Shown: piece by piece, positions 7,998-17,898 of the stretch | How positions within the stretch are numbered: position 1 is the stretch's first letter | Layout of the letters: each line of letters starts with the position of its first letter | DNA from: an uncultured virus (IMG/VR IMGVR_UViG_2030936005_000022) | Lineage: Duplodnaviria; Heunggongvirae; Uroviricota; Caudoviricetes | Strand: one strand, 5' to 3' | Length of the DNA stretch: 20,000 nt | Virus record (IMG/VR): IMGVR_UViG_2030936005_000022 | Location: 116,838 to 136,837 of that record | Position numbers and translations under genes: made by a program | Notes under the pieces: model-generated | Databases searched by the model: none | The model's input: only the letters and a program-made list of their open reading frames with translations | What the model was told of the DNA's origin: nothing

Positions 7998-8567
7998 TTA
8001 AATCCCAACCTTATGTATCAATGTACGACGAATTTTACGAACATACTGAGTCTTAAATGAAAACGGGATATAAAGATGATAACCCTCTAATTCCGGGCAA
8101 GGTGCTGTAAGAATCTCTTCATAGGCTCTTTTAATTATATTGTACTCTGGTAGTTCTGGGTGGATCAACGATAACTGAAAATGCTCATCTTCAGTACATA
8201 ACCCTTCCTTAAAGAATGTGTCAACATAATCATCAGTATCCAATAAATCTGAATTTTCAGAATTAACAAAAGAATAACCAAAAAATTCATCATCTTTGTT
8301 GTAGGCAACACTGCAACCTGTATTACAAAATAATGAAATGCCAGTATCTTTGGATAAATGGAATACATGTTCGGAACCGTAACCATCAATGTATGTTCTT
8401 ATATATATTTTATCTTTATCAGTCCATACAAATTCTAGTTCATTACCATCGTCCATGCGAGTGTTTTGTTGATAACTATAAGCTACTTTTTGTTTCCTGA
8501 AATTCAAACAACGAATAGCTAGATCTCTACATAACTCGAAATGCTCTTTAAGTTCTTCATAGTTCAT
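7998..8567 (-). CDS. Array paralog (FQxS family)
   Basis: Motif TEDEHFQLSLIHP. Confidence 0.8.
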   Translation of the reverse strand: MNYEELKEHFELCRDLAIRCLNFRKQKVAYSYQQNTRMDDGNELEFVWTDKDKIYIRTYIDGYGSEHVFHLSKDTGISLFCNTGCSVAYNKDDEFFGYSFVNSENSDLLDTDDYVDTFFKEGLCTEDEHFQLSLIHPELPEYNIIKRAYEEILTAPCPELEGYHLYIPFSFKTQYVRKIRRTLIHKVGI

Positions 8568-8570
8568 TGG

Positions 8571-9179
8571 TTAAAATTCCTCAAAGTACAAACAAATGTC
8601 ATCATAGATAGTGTTAAGAAGTTCAGTACTAACTTCTGGACAAAGATCCATATAGAAACACATACCTTTCATTTCAGTACAATCCATAGTTAGTGCTTCC
8701 ATATAACGTGGAAGGTCTTCGTACTTCAATACCATATCATCACGAATAAGTGATTGTTGAAAGTACTCTTCCTCGCTGATATTAATTACACCACCATCTA
8801 GCTTAGAATCCAAGTACTCATCTTCGTGATCATTCCCACTATCAAAGAATGTATACTCTTCATTACGTTCATCACCTTCCATGAAGTTACGGCCCCATCC
8901 ACGATGTGTACGGAGATTGATAATATACAAGTGCTCATGATTTCCAATTTCGCAAATCTCGTAACGTTCTTCGTGATCATCCATATCAAATGATACACGA
9001 ACTAATGCATGTTCGTCTGCGTACTTAAACCCATACACCCTGCATAAGTATTGTGGCATGTACTTTTCATAAGAGAATACTTTTGGTTTATTCTTATTAA
9101 GCAAAGCACCCAATTCTAGCATAAGTTTGTAACGATAGATATCTTCATCTACTTTGTCTTTAAAGGTTGAACGCATCAT
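8571..9179 (-). CDS. Array paralog (FQxS family)
   Basis: Motif SEEEYFQQSLIRD; start probably ATG 9179 or 9176. Confidence 0.8.
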   Translation of the reverse strand: MMRSTFKDKVDEDIYRYKLMLELGALLNKNKPKVFSYEKYMPQYLCRVYGFKYADEHALVRVSFDMDDHEERYEICEIGNHEHLYIINLRTHRGWGRNFMEGDERNEEYTFFDSGNDHEDEYLDSKLDGGVINISEEEYFQQSLIRDDMVLKYEDLPRYMEALTMDCTEMKGMCFYMDLCPEVSTELLNTIYDDICLYFEEF

Positions 9180-9567
9180 AAAAGTCATTGACAATATCCT
9201 CTGCCTCATCTTGGTTCATTGGTTCTACTGAAAGTATTTCGATACGTTCAGGTTCCCAGATCATATAAGAATTACATGTATCTGGTTCGAAAAGATTTTT
9301 GTACTCAACTGAATTATATCCGTCACGAGTACAGGAATTGATTGTATCACGCCATGCTTGACAGTCACCCATGTCATCCATAGCCACTACACGACCTAGA
9401 TCTACTTCTAAGCGGTGCACATAGATCTCTAGCTCACCACTACCACAGTAGTTGCGAACCTTGCGTAAGGCCGCCTCAAGAGCACTGTGAATACCTCCCA
9501 TATGAATCCCACCATATGGAACGTAAAAATCTTTAATTTTAACTGTACTTGCGTGATACAAAATCAT
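9160..9567 (-). CDS. Putative ADP-ribosyltransferase-fold protein (ART-PolyVal-like), not a member of the array family
   Basis: N-terminal LYHAS, then GIHMG...A, and C-terminal GYNSVEYKNxxE...SYMIWEPERI resemble the LYHG...GYDG...Y[IV]VFxPxQI pattern of phage ART-like domains. Assignment by motif recall only. Confidence 0.55.
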   Translation of the reverse strand: MILYHASTVKIKDFYVPYGGIHMGGIHSALEAALRKVRNYCGSGELEIYVHRLEVDLGRVVAMDDMGDCQAWRDTINSCTRDGYNSVEYKNLFEPDTCNSYMIWEPERIEILSVEPMNQDEAEDIVNDFYDAFNL

Positions 9568-9568
9568 T

Positions 9569-10153
9569 TTAATATCCCCATAGTAATTCGTCTAAGCATT
9601 TATATGACGGATAGTAACACATCTGGGGTTCGATTGTCAAGCTATCATTATCATAAAGAGGAAGATTTCTCATACGATTCATGATCTCATTTAATTCTTC
9701 AGCAGTGTAAGTGTCCATGATAGTACTGTGCATGAATAACTCACTCTCTGCTTCAGCATCCAATTGGCTGTCACGACAGTACCAACCAATCTCGTATTCT
9801 TTCTCTTCTAGACCATATACCCGTACTGGACATGTATCACAACAAGTAGCATTAGAATAAATCTCTATCATGTTCACGGATAATCTGTTAGTTGGGTGTC
9901 TGGTAAAACATTGTCCTAGAGAAAGAATACCATTACGGTAGGAGTACTTATTTTCTTGATAAGAAATACTCATATAGTCAGGCCAGAAGTCTGCTGTTAC
10001 TGGACCTTTTTGCTGTGCATGAATATTGAGATTAATACCATCACACGTCTTCTGAAAGTTATGGTAACGCTGAATTAAAGCAAATAAAGAGAAGTACACT
10101 TTATCATTTAACATCATATCCATAACGGTTTTTAATTTTTGATCTCCAATCAT
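9569..10153 (-). CDS. Array paralog (FQxS family)
   Basis: Motif AESELFMHSTIMD; ATG 10153. Confidence 0.8.
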   Translation of the reverse strand: MIGDQKLKTVMDMMLNDKVYFSLFALIQRYHNFQKTCDGINLNIHAQQKGPVTADFWPDYMSISYQENKYSYRNGILSLGQCFTRHPTNRLSVNMIEIYSNATCCDTCPVRVYGLEEKEYEIGWYCRDSQLDAEAESELFMHSTIMDTYTAEELNEIMNRMRNLPLYDNDSLTIEPQMCYYPSYKCLDELLWGY

Positions 10154-10772
10154 TACCACACCTTTCTGCCATTAATTCAATAAGTGCTTTACGTGCTGGA
10201 ACAAAACGCAACACGTCTGTTGTACCTAATGCAAGAATTGATTCAGTACTGATATCATCCTTGAACATTTTTAAATGATCATGTACGAAGTGTACTAGAT
10301 ATGCACCATCAATTCTTTTTTGATCCCCTACCAGTAAAGCCTGAAACTCTGCTTCACGCATCGAATCATTGTCTATCCCCTCAAGAATCATATTATACAC
10401 TATCGCAAAATCATTGTCAAAGTTGCGATATAAATTATCAATACAATCCATATGGGATAGTACAAATCTGTACTTTGAATTGTTAGGGGAAGTGAAGTTC
10501 TTAATATGATTCTTACTACTTGTAATAGTAATTAATCTATCATAACCTTCATCGTATGTAATAGCATTGTGTAAATTTACTTCAGGCCATCCAAAGCTAA
10601 AACGGTATGACCGAATCTTTTCACCTTTCTCGTGAGGGATATAATGCTGACCACCAATACCACTTCTGTACTTTGCTAAATCTGGGTAATTATCATTGTA
10701 GAGTTTAAACATGTACATAATATCTAAAATGTACCCAGATAGCTTTTTCATCTTTTCGTATGAAGTCTTCAT
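10104..10772 (-). CDS. Array paralog, divergent motif
   Basis: ATGA overlap start at 10772 (MKTSYEK); motif REAEFQALLVGD. Confidence 0.75.
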   Translation of the reverse strand: MKTSYEKMKKLSGYILDIMYMFKLYNDNYPDLAKYRSGIGGQHYIPHEKGEKIRSYRFSFGWPEVNLHNAITYDEGYDRLITITSSKNHIKNFTSPNNSKYRFVLSHMDCIDNLYRNFDNDFAIVYNMILEGIDNDSMREAEFQALLVGDQKRIDGAYLVHFVHDHLKMFKDDISTESILALGTTDVLRFVPARKALIELMAERCGNDWRSKIKNRYGYDVK

Positions 10773-11347
10773 GCTAAATTTAATAACCCCCATACCTTTT
10801 GAGTACAATAATCTTTGAGTTTAATGTCGTTAAGTTCCTCTTTATTCTCGGCAATTGAAATGGCATAATCAGGTGGACAGAACTCACTAAAGTGATGATA
10901 ATGTTCCCTCATCATTACATAATCCGAATAATCAGGAACCGAAGCCAAAGTACTCAACTGAAATATTTCCTCTTCAGTAATATCAATTGGTACTTGAGAT
11001 AGTTCTACTGTACTATTTCCAATCACAATATCAGTACTGGAAGAATTCATATACATATTCATACGTTTTGAAATCGTATCACCAAAACCACTAAACATCA
11101 ACCTAGATTCTTTTGGCATAAGCATATTTGGTGAAGGAGAGACATTGAATATTTTAATTCTAAAGATTGATATATTATCACGGTGTTTAACATCAAATGT
11201 AGTTTCATACTCATCTTTGTATAAACACATCTTCAACAATCCCATACAACCATCATAGCTCATCATTAAGTCTACATAGAAAGAAGGTACATTATTATTG
11301 AAATGTATTACTGCTTTTAATAAGTTTGTGTAATCTTTGAAATCCAT
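10769..11347 (-). CDS. Array paralog (FQxS family)
   Basis: Motif TEEEIFQLSTLAS. Confidence 0.8.
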   Translation of the reverse strand: MDFKDYTNLLKAVIHFNNNVPSFYVDLMMSYDGCMGLLKMCLYKDEYETTFDVKHRDNISIFRIKIFNVSPSPNMLMPKESRLMFSGFGDTISKRMNMYMNSSSTDIVIGNSTVELSQVPIDITEEEIFQLSTLASVPDYSDYVMMREHYHHFSEFCPPDYAISIAENKEELNDIKLKDYCTQKVWGLLNLA

Positions 11348-11829
11348 GCCATGCCCTCATCTAGAATTGAATCAATAATCTCAAAGTTTTCATCACTCAT
11401 GCGGTTGACCATAATAGTATTAATATCTGGGTTTAAATTCTTTAGTACTGCTAGAATAGTTAACGCACGTGCATCCGGTACAATCAAATCCGATAGGAAG
11501 AAAAGTTCTTCCTCGTTATTACCATCCCATTCTGGAACTAATACTGTCTTATTATCAACTAGCAATTCATTACCTTGACACCTACGCCAGAACATAAGAA
11601 TACCATTTACAGTCGTATCCATTCTATTTTCTAGTACTGGATTCGGATGATTGAAAGTTCCAATTCCAAATACTGGAAGATTGTAATCATTATTCAGGAT
11701 TTGAAATCCAGAACCAGCAGTACTATAATTCGTATTGAACTCGAATTTACCTTTAGTAATACGGTTACCAATACAAGAGTAAGGTTGTAATGCGTCAACT
11801 TTTTTACAGAAGTTTAAAATATCAGTCAT
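11317..11829 (-). CDS. Array paralog (FQxS family)
   Basis: Motif NEEELFFLSDLIV. Confidence 0.78.
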   Translation of the reverse strand: MTDILNFCKKVDALQPYSCIGNRITKGKFEFNTNYSTAGSGFQILNNDYNLPVFGIGTFNHPNPVLENRMDTTVNGILMFWRRCQGNELLVDNKTVLVPEWDGNNEEELFFLSDLIVPDARALTILAVLKNLNPDINTIMVNRMSDENFEIIDSILDEGMAWISKITQTY

Positions 11830-12340
11830 GGAATGTATCTCTCAATTTAGTAAGTTCTTCAATAATAGTATCAACACAGAATGTATGATTAGAGTACGAA
11901 AGAACACTAATTCCATTCGGGTTGTTGTACTTATAATGAGACATAATCGCAATCTCATCAATTGCGGTGTTATCATAAATTGTACTCAACTGGAAGATCT
12001 CACCTTCACCCTCACCAGTTTCAATGTTAACCGGGAATAAATTGATAGAAACACTATCCTTACCACCAATATAATCCATGTGTTTACATTCACTAAGACG
12101 AATAGAACTCGCTTGGTGTTCAGAACCATAACATATAGGAGCCACTTTAGACTCCCTTGTTGAAATGTGATAAAGAGTTGTAATGTTCAAAACAGTATAA
12201 AGACTAATACCCATATCATCATTGTGGAAAGTAATACCAACATTATCATACAGTGTTTTACAGAAGTTCTTCCCCTCAAATGCATAAAGAGGTAATAGTT
12301 CTTCCAAGAGTTTTAGTACTTTATAATGTTTCTGATACAT
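11822..12340 (-). CDS. Array paralog (FQxS family)
   Basis: Motif GEGEIFQLSTIYD. Confidence 0.8.
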   Translation of the reverse strand: MYQKHYKVLKLLEELLPLYAFEGKNFCKTLYDNVGITFHNDDMGISLYTVLNITTLYHISTRESKVAPICYGSEHQASSIRLSECKHMDYIGGKDSVSINLFPVNIETGEGEGEIFQLSTIYDNTAIDEIAIMSHYKYNNPNGISVLSYSNHTFCVDTIIEELTKLRDTFHD

Positions 12341-12984
12341 TAGATATCCTCTTTTAAATTCTGTACAAAAGTAACAATCTTACTTTCTACTTCATCAATG
12401 ATTGAATCATCAACAACAGTAGGAAGGTTTATGTACTGATCATATTTCTTTTCATTCTTCGCTACGTAACCGTCAAACATGTTATCAACGATATTAAGTA
12501 AACTGAAGATACAGTACAACCCAAATGAATGACCATCAAAGGCAGTAACAGTACTGTGTTGGAATTCCAACTCTTCCATCTCATCACGTACAATCAAAGA
12601 ACCACCAGCTTCTACTGGAAGCGACTCAAGCTCAATAGCTTCGTGTGCATTCTTTTCAGTGAAACGTAATGTAGTCTTTTTACCTGATAGTACTAAAGAT
12701 TTACCAGTTAAGTAATTTTCAGGACTGTAGTAACCGTTATTTTCAGCTAGATGCGTTTTGAGAATAGTATTACCATTATGTGTCTCATTGTTCATAATCA
12801 TAACAATGAACTCATTACTCCCACGTGTATAGAATAAACGCAAGGAATGTGTATCATTAACATCACCCAAATCCCACATCATTCTGTGCTTGATTTCAGT
12901 ACTGTCAGATTGATCTAAAAGTACAGTCGCTTGTTGAATGTACTTAATCATACGGTAGTGCTTTAACATGCTATTGTGATTCAT
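12340..12984 (-). CDS. Array paralog (FQxS family)
   Basis: Motif MEELEFQHSTVTA. Confidence 0.8.
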   Translation of the reverse strand: MNHNSMLKHYRMIKYIQQATVLLDQSDSTEIKHRMMWDLGDVNDTHSLRLFYTRGSNEFIVMIMNNETHNGNTILKTHLAENNGYYSPENYLTGKSLVLSGKKTTLRFTEKNAHEAIELESLPVEAGGSLIVRDEMEELEFQHSTVTAFDGHSFGLYCIFSLLNIVDNMFDGYVAKNEKKYDQYINLPTVVDDSIIDEVESKIVTFVQNLKEDI

Positions 12985-13577
12985 TATAGTATCCTGTATC
13001 TTCTGAATAATGGCCTACTTGTAAAATAATTATACAGATAATCATTCTCCAAGTCAACCCCTCTGTGGAAATTATATACCACAAAATCGATGTTCTTCAG
13101 CCGCAATGCTTGAAAGTCAATGACGTTGTACATCATATCACGCATAAATTTGTTGTCCACTGTGAAGTCCACTGCTACTTTGCGTTCAGCCGCATCACAC
13201 GTTTGATCATACGGAATATATTCTTCTAGTACATCTCCACTATCTAAGTAACCACTACGCATAGTCAAGCACTGATCACTGAGTGAAGTTAATATAACAC
13301 TATCAGTGTACATATAATAGTTCACGTGAGTATGGCTTGTTATTAACCCTTCGGATGCATAGAATGTTATCACGTCATTGTTTAGTGAAGCTACATTCTT
13401 CTTCTCAAGTACAAGTTTCTTTACTGACTTATTATTACCTAAATCTTCAGTATCAACCCTTAAAGCAAACTCACCCAAGTCAATAAGATCTTTGCGATGG
13501 ATTAGTCTTTCCCATTCTATGTCAAGCATTGAACTGAACTTAATAAGCTCTCTATATATCGTGTCAAGTGTGTTCAT
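12984..13577 (-). CDS. Hypothetical protein within the array; family motif not clearly present
   Basis: ATG 13577 (MNTLDTIY) after a GGGGG RBS-like element; same size class as the paralogs. Confidence 0.72.
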   Translation of the reverse strand: MNTLDTIYRELIKFSSMLDIEWERLIHRKDLIDLGEFALRVDTEDLGNNKSVKKLVLEKKNVASLNNDVITFYASEGLITSHTHVNYYMYTDSVILTSLSDQCLTMRSGYLDSGDVLEEYIPYDQTCDAAERKVAVDFTVDNKFMRDMMYNVIDFQALRLKNIDFVVYNFHRGVDLENDYLYNYFTSRPLFRRYRIL

Positions 13578-13588
13578 AAGACCCCCAT

Positions 13589-13622
13589 AAAAGAAAAGGC
13601 AGTGTATCACGATACACCGCCT
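13589..13622 (-). terminator. Intrinsic terminator inside the array
   Basis: Minus strand AGGCGGTGTATC-GT-GATACACTGCCT (one G.U pair) followed by TTTCTTTT. Confidence 0.8.
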
Positions 13623-13631
13623 GTGTCAACA

Positions 13632-14186
13632 TCAACATGCCGCTTCTGCTTCAAAAATATCAATCATAGCTTGAACCGCTTCAGTACTGAAGGATAACAA
13701 GCGAGTCGCATTTAGTGCAAAATAATAATCGTTATTCATTGTGTTATGATAACAGTACTCAATGTATGAAGCAAATAGTTCTATTTCATTATCTACAACC
13801 ATACGCTGGAATAGTTCATCATCAGTACCATTGACAATTATTTCAATTTCAGCACACTCTGGATTGTTATCAAAATTGATAATCTTACGCTCTAAGCAAG
13901 TCTCTAAACTATGCATAGTTAGAAGTATATCACCTAGATTGGTTTTTTGTATATGCATAGTACCTTCAGAACTTCTGTCCAAATAAGTATGACACGCAAC
14001 TAAGAACCAATCATCTATTGTACTTTTAAGTACTGAACTATGATGTTCGCGATTAATAACATCAGTCCCAACAAAAACAGTCATCTTTGCTAAATCAGTA
14101 ATATTTCTGCACATGTGCCGTTTATTGTCATGTATATCCATGATGCAATCAATAAGTTTCTTTATTAGATCGAATTTGGCAAACAT
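13632..14186 (-). CDS. Array paralog (FQxS family)
   Basis: Motif TDDELFQRMVVDN; AGGAGA RBS. Confidence 0.8.
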   Translation of the reverse strand: MFAKFDLIKKLIDCIMDIHDNKRHMCRNITDLAKMTVFVGTDVINREHHSSVLKSTIDDWFLVACHTYLDRSSEGTMHIQKTNLGDILLTMHSLETCLERKIINFDNNPECAEIEIIVNGTDDELFQRMVVDNEIELFASYIEYCYHNTMNNDYYFALNATRLLSFSTEAVQAMIDIFEAEAAC

Positions 14187-14779
14187 TTCTTTTTCATCTC
14201 CTGAAGTTCAGAATGAGCATCATAGATTTTCTGTACTGAATTAGCAAAACAAATATAAACCTTAGTGTGGTTTTCTTCACAGAGAGTATCTTTCAACATG
14301 AAGTTCAATACCATAGCATTGATTTCATCAGTACTATATACTAGACCCTTCTGGAATAATTCACCCCGTAACTCTTCTTCATTATTAACATGTATTAGAG
14401 TAGGAAGATATACCTCATCACCTTGTATATCCCGCCAGAACCAATTACGATCATTCACTACTAAGATTTCACCACTACCTTCTCGAATGCACATACGCTT
14501 CTTGTCTGACTGATAGCGAGTACTGTATGGTCTGTTGTCATCCATAGGATCAGTATTAGCTGCTACAATAAATGAATTATAATAGTTCACATCTTCAGAA
14601 TTCAACTGCAATGCAATACTATTTTGTATCTTCAGGATTTTGTACTTTGAACTCTCATATAGTACTGCATCCATCTGGGTTACATCATCTAATACCATGT
14701 AATCAGCTATGTCACGAATCAATAAACAAACTTCTTGTACTGCTAACCACTCCAAATAACTACAATCTGCTAAATTCAT
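14165..14779 (-). CDS. Array paralog (FQxS family)
   Basis: GGAG RBS before ATG 14779 (MNLADCSY); motif LRGELFQKGLVYS. Confidence 0.8.
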   Translation of the reverse strand: MNLADCSYLEWLAVQEVCLLIRDIADYMVLDDVTQMDAVLYESSKYKILKIQNSIALQLNSEDVNYYNSFIVAANTDPMDDNRPYSTRYQSDKKRMCIREGSGEILVVNDRNWFWRDIQGDEVYLPTLIHVNNEEELRGELFQKGLVYSTDEINAMVLNFMLKDTLCEENHTKVYICFANSVQKIYDAHSELQEMKKKCLPNSI

Positions 14780-14810
14780 CTTAATCTCCAACTTAAACGC
14801 AATCTCATAG

Positions 14811-14905
14811 CACCGTCGCCCGGTCGCCCCCCGATTACACTTTATTTGCACTTTGTGAAGCGAAAATTTTTTTACGCCCCGGCACGCATATCCTCCGGGG
14901 GGTAA
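14811..14905. other. GC-rich intergenic island with inverted and direct repeats (candidate terminus, packaging or origin element)
   Basis: GTCGCCC x2 (14815-14821, 14823-14829), CACTTT x2, an A4T7 tract, and the stem TTACgCCCCGG/CCGGGGgGTAA (14872-14882/14895-14905) in otherwise AT-rich DNA. Confidence 0.6.
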
Positions 14906-14908
14906 CAT

Positions 14909-15544
14909 TTATTTATGCTTTGTAATTTCCATCATTTCGGCTAATTTCTTGTTCACATTCATAATAGCTGTATCTAAACGTTTAATCTGTAACAAACTCT
15001 GTCCGTAATAAATCATTTCACCTAACTTGTACTCCGCATCACGTAAACCCATCCACGTAGCAGCACCATCCGTCAAACGACTATCAATACACATCTGTGT
15101 CTGGAATAATGTCTCATCTGGTAGCTCCATAATATCTAAACCATCAGGCAATTGTACTGCACTGTTCTCGTACTTAACTTGTGCAAACAAAGGGGTATTA
15201 CGCATTACGTACTGAATGTAATTACTATCTTCTGTACTTTTAATAACTGAATGTGTTGGAATTGGCTTCAATGGGATAATGGGCATGTTACGATTTAAAC
15301 TAACGTACATTGAATTACCTTTACCAACAGATAAATCTATTTCGTCTGATTTTCCCGTTCCTGCACTAAAAAAATACTTCTCTTCTTCAAACAATGCCTG
15401 TACTTCATTGTAGGTCACTCCACGTGCTCTGTGCTCACGAATCAACCACAACCCAGCAGCAATGTGCGGTAAATATTCATTACCGATTATGTACTGATCA
15501 CGGAACTTCTTACCCTCTTTACTCACTTTTAATTTTAATGACAT
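14909..15544 (-). CDS. Array paralog (FQxS family)
   Basis: Motif PDETLFQTQMCID. Confidence 0.78.
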   Translation of the reverse strand: MSLKLKVSKEGKKFRDQYIIGNEYLPHIAAGLWLIREHRARGVTYNEVQALFEEEKYFFSAGTGKSDEIDLSVGKGNSMYVSLNRNMPIIPLKPIPTHSVIKSTEDSNYIQYVMRNTPLFAQVKYENSAVQLPDGLDIMELPDETLFQTQMCIDSRLTDGAATWMGLRDAEYKLGEMIYYGQSLLQIKRLDTAIMNVNKKLAEMMEITKHK

Positions 15545-16211
15545 ATTCTTCTAATGCCTCAATAATTTCATCGTAAGGAATCACTATAACATTATCCACC
15601 GCGATTGTCAATACTCCCGTAAGGATATCACACGTATTAACTAAATCATCGCCCTTCTCAAAGGTACGCTTGATTTGATCAATACCCATCGAAAAATCAC
15701 TCAACACCTTATCAGCATCTAATGCCATATCAGGCTCGCAACTCACATTGTGCTGGAATAACTCGCATTCTAACGCATCGTAACCATCCTCAAAGGGATT
15801 CTCTAAACTGAATACCCTTGGCCTACCCTTCTGTACTACGGCCCCTGCTGACACCATAGCGATATCCTGAAGCGATTTATAGGAACTCTGCCACGATAAC
15901 CAATGACCATCTGTACTGATAATCGGTACTGCATTCTCGAATTTACTATAATGACACGCTCTGAACTCAGCAATGGGTACAAATAACATACCACTCATTG
16001 TCGGTACTTCAATCTGTAATGAAGCAACCCATACATCATTTGTGTGATCAGGGTGGTAATACTTCTTCGGTACTCGTATACGAAAACCTTGCGGTACTGA
16101 ACCTACTACTTTACGATCAATACAACGTGGCATTGCCTCCATTATCTGTACTAACCTTTGTAATTTAATACTGTTCAAAGCCTGTGTATCCATTGTATCC
16201 ATTGAATCCAT
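15519..16211 (-). CDS. Array paralog (FQxS family)
   Basis: Motif LECELFQHNVSCE; N-terminal MDS-MDT-MDT repeat leaves the start ambiguous. Confidence 0.78.
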   Translation of the reverse strand: MDSMDTMDTQALNSIKLQRLVQIMEAMPRCIDRKVVGSVPQGFRIRVPKKYYHPDHTNDVWVASLQIEVPTMSGMLFVPIAEFRACHYSKFENAVPIISTDGHWLSWQSSYKSLQDIAMVSAGAVVQKGRPRVFSLENPFEDGYDALECELFQHNVSCEPDMALDADKVLSDFSMGIDQIKRTFEKGDDLVNTCDILTGVLTIAVDNVIVIPYDEIIEALEEYVIKIKSE

Positions 16212-16809
16212 ACTGTTCTCTCATCAATTTGATAATGTTCAATACGCCCTCACAATGGTTCAACGGATCTGCACCTAACCACATTTGAATGTTAGGTAAC
16301 TTCCGTCTACGCCACTCGAACGCAAACATCAAAGCATTAATAACTTCAACCTTCTGTACTAAACTCTCTTGGAACAAAAACATCTCCGTATCTGGATCTG
16401 TCATGTCCATCATTTCGTACTCAAAATATATATCACTAATGATACTTTTACGGAATATAATTCTATCACTATCTTTGTTTAATGATATATGACTCGTTAC
16501 TGTATCATTTAATAATACTACGTTTAACTCTATGTTTGTGGTATAATCCCAATTGTACTTTAAAACCGTTTTATTAACACACGCTATATGAAAAAACTGC
16601 TTTTTATCTTTATAATTATAATTGAAAAAACCACCATCCCTTTCAAAACCTACAACAACATCATTCTCAAAATTCCATGACTGTACATTGAATACTTTTT
16701 GTTGTATGTCTTTATTCTTCAGGTACTCATTCGTGATACCAATTAATGCCATCGCTTCCTCTAGGTAATCAATGCATTGACGCACCTCTTGTACTGTTAA
16801 TATGTTCAT
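16165..16809 (-). CDS. Array paralog (FQxS family)
   Basis: Motif TEMFLFQESLVQK. Confidence 0.8.
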   Translation of the reverse strand: MNILTVQEVRQCIDYLEEAMALIGITNEYLKNKDIQQKVFNVQSWNFENDVVVGFERDGGFFNYNYKDKKQFFHIACVNKTVLKYNWDYTTNIELNVVLLNDTVTSHISLNKDSDRIIFRKSIISDIYFEYEMMDMTDPDTEMFLFQESLVQKVEVINALMFAFEWRRRKLPNIQMWLGADPLNHCEGVLNIIKLMREQYGFNGYNGYTGFEQY

Positions 16810-17372
16810 AACTTTGGCTCCCCAAGCTGTACGTATAATTCATTGAAGCGTTTATTCTGGTAATATTCTATGGTACTCTCCATGCTCTCTATTACACGAT
16901 CTAATACATTTAAGGACCACACGTGTACAAAAGCAAACCTAGGCATCTTTAATTCATGTAATGCGTACATAATACAAAACTCATCGTACAACTTATCATG
17001 TATTAAACTCTGCTGAAATAAAAATGATTCCTTATCGTTGAAATCTAATTCATATTTCGTACCATCTTCATCATCGATATCCCGCACGAATGCTGTACTA
17101 TTTGGATTGTAAATTATTACATTGTGCTGATTACCCTTGATAATTTTCTTATCCGAAATGTAATTGTAATCCCACATATCCCCCCAAGCGATCTTGTGAT
17201 CGATAACAGGGTCACTACCCTGATACCACACGCAATCACCCCTATCATGAAAAGCTGATACCATCAAAGGACTTCTGCATATTGGTGTATCACATGTGTA
17301 TGTGTACAACTGCTCCAATAAGGAATCAATCTTGCATATTTTCTGTGCGTACTCTATGTGCCAATCTTGCAT
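16806..17372 (-). CDS. Array paralog (FQxS family)
   Basis: Motif KESFLFQQSLIHD; ATG 17372. Confidence 0.8.
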   Translation of the reverse strand: MQDWHIEYAQKICKIDSLLEQLYTYTCDTPICRSPLMVSAFHDRGDCVWYQGSDPVIDHKIAWGDMWDYNYISDKKIIKGNQHNVIIYNPNSTAFVRDIDDEDGTKYELDFNDKESFLFQQSLIHDKLYDEFCIMYALHELKMPRFAFVHVWSLNVLDRVIESMESTIEYYQNKRFNELYVQLGEPKL

Positions 17373-17898
17373 CAACTTCCCCTATGAATTCTGCTGTACT
17401 GTTCTGTACATATTCTAAAATCTCTAATAAACCCTGTAATGAATATGCATTAAAACGTAATGTGAAATTGTGCTTGAACTCATTCTCTTTAAGATACAAC
17501 CAAAATCCTACATCAATTTCTTGTTCTGTGCTTTGTACTAAACTCTGCTGGAATAGCCATTCCTCGGTCAAATTCTTACGCTCATGGAATGCATGATGTA
17601 TACGTATTGTATCACCTGTATCAAACGAAAAACGTAAAGCTACTCCTTTCGCCCTGTGAGGTTCTCCCATAATGAATGAAACACTATTACACAAGGACTT
17701 TGCAAGGACTCTACTCTCTTCATCGGTGGGATGATTGAAATATTCTAATGCACCTCTGCTTATTGTAAAACATTTTGGTACTTGCATCTTAATATCATTA
17801 CGCATAGCTTCGCAATTCTTAATTACAAATAATGTGTACGTATCATATAATGTCTTTAAGGCTTCCATCGCCTGTCCGTACTCGTGTCTCTCGATCAT
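17326..17898 (-). CDS. Array paralog (FQxS family)
   Basis: Motif TEEWLFQQSLVQS; GGAG RBS before ATG 17898. Confidence 0.8.
   Translation of the reverse strand: MIERHEYGQAMEALKTLYDTYTLFVIKNCEAMRNDIKMQVPKCFTISRGALEYFNHPTDEESRVLAKSLCNSVSFIMGEPHRAKGVALRFSFDTGDTIRIHHAFHERKNLTEEWLFQQSLVQSTEQEIDVGFWLYLKENEFKHNFTLRFNAYSLQGLLEILEYVQNSTAEFIGEVDARLAHRVRTENMQD

Noticed and set aside
14780..14908. 43-aa N-terminal extension MLPPGGYACRG... of ORF 14165..14908
   Set aside because: It reads through the GC-rich repeat island with atypical composition; ATG 14779 has a GGAG RBS and gives a family-sized protein.
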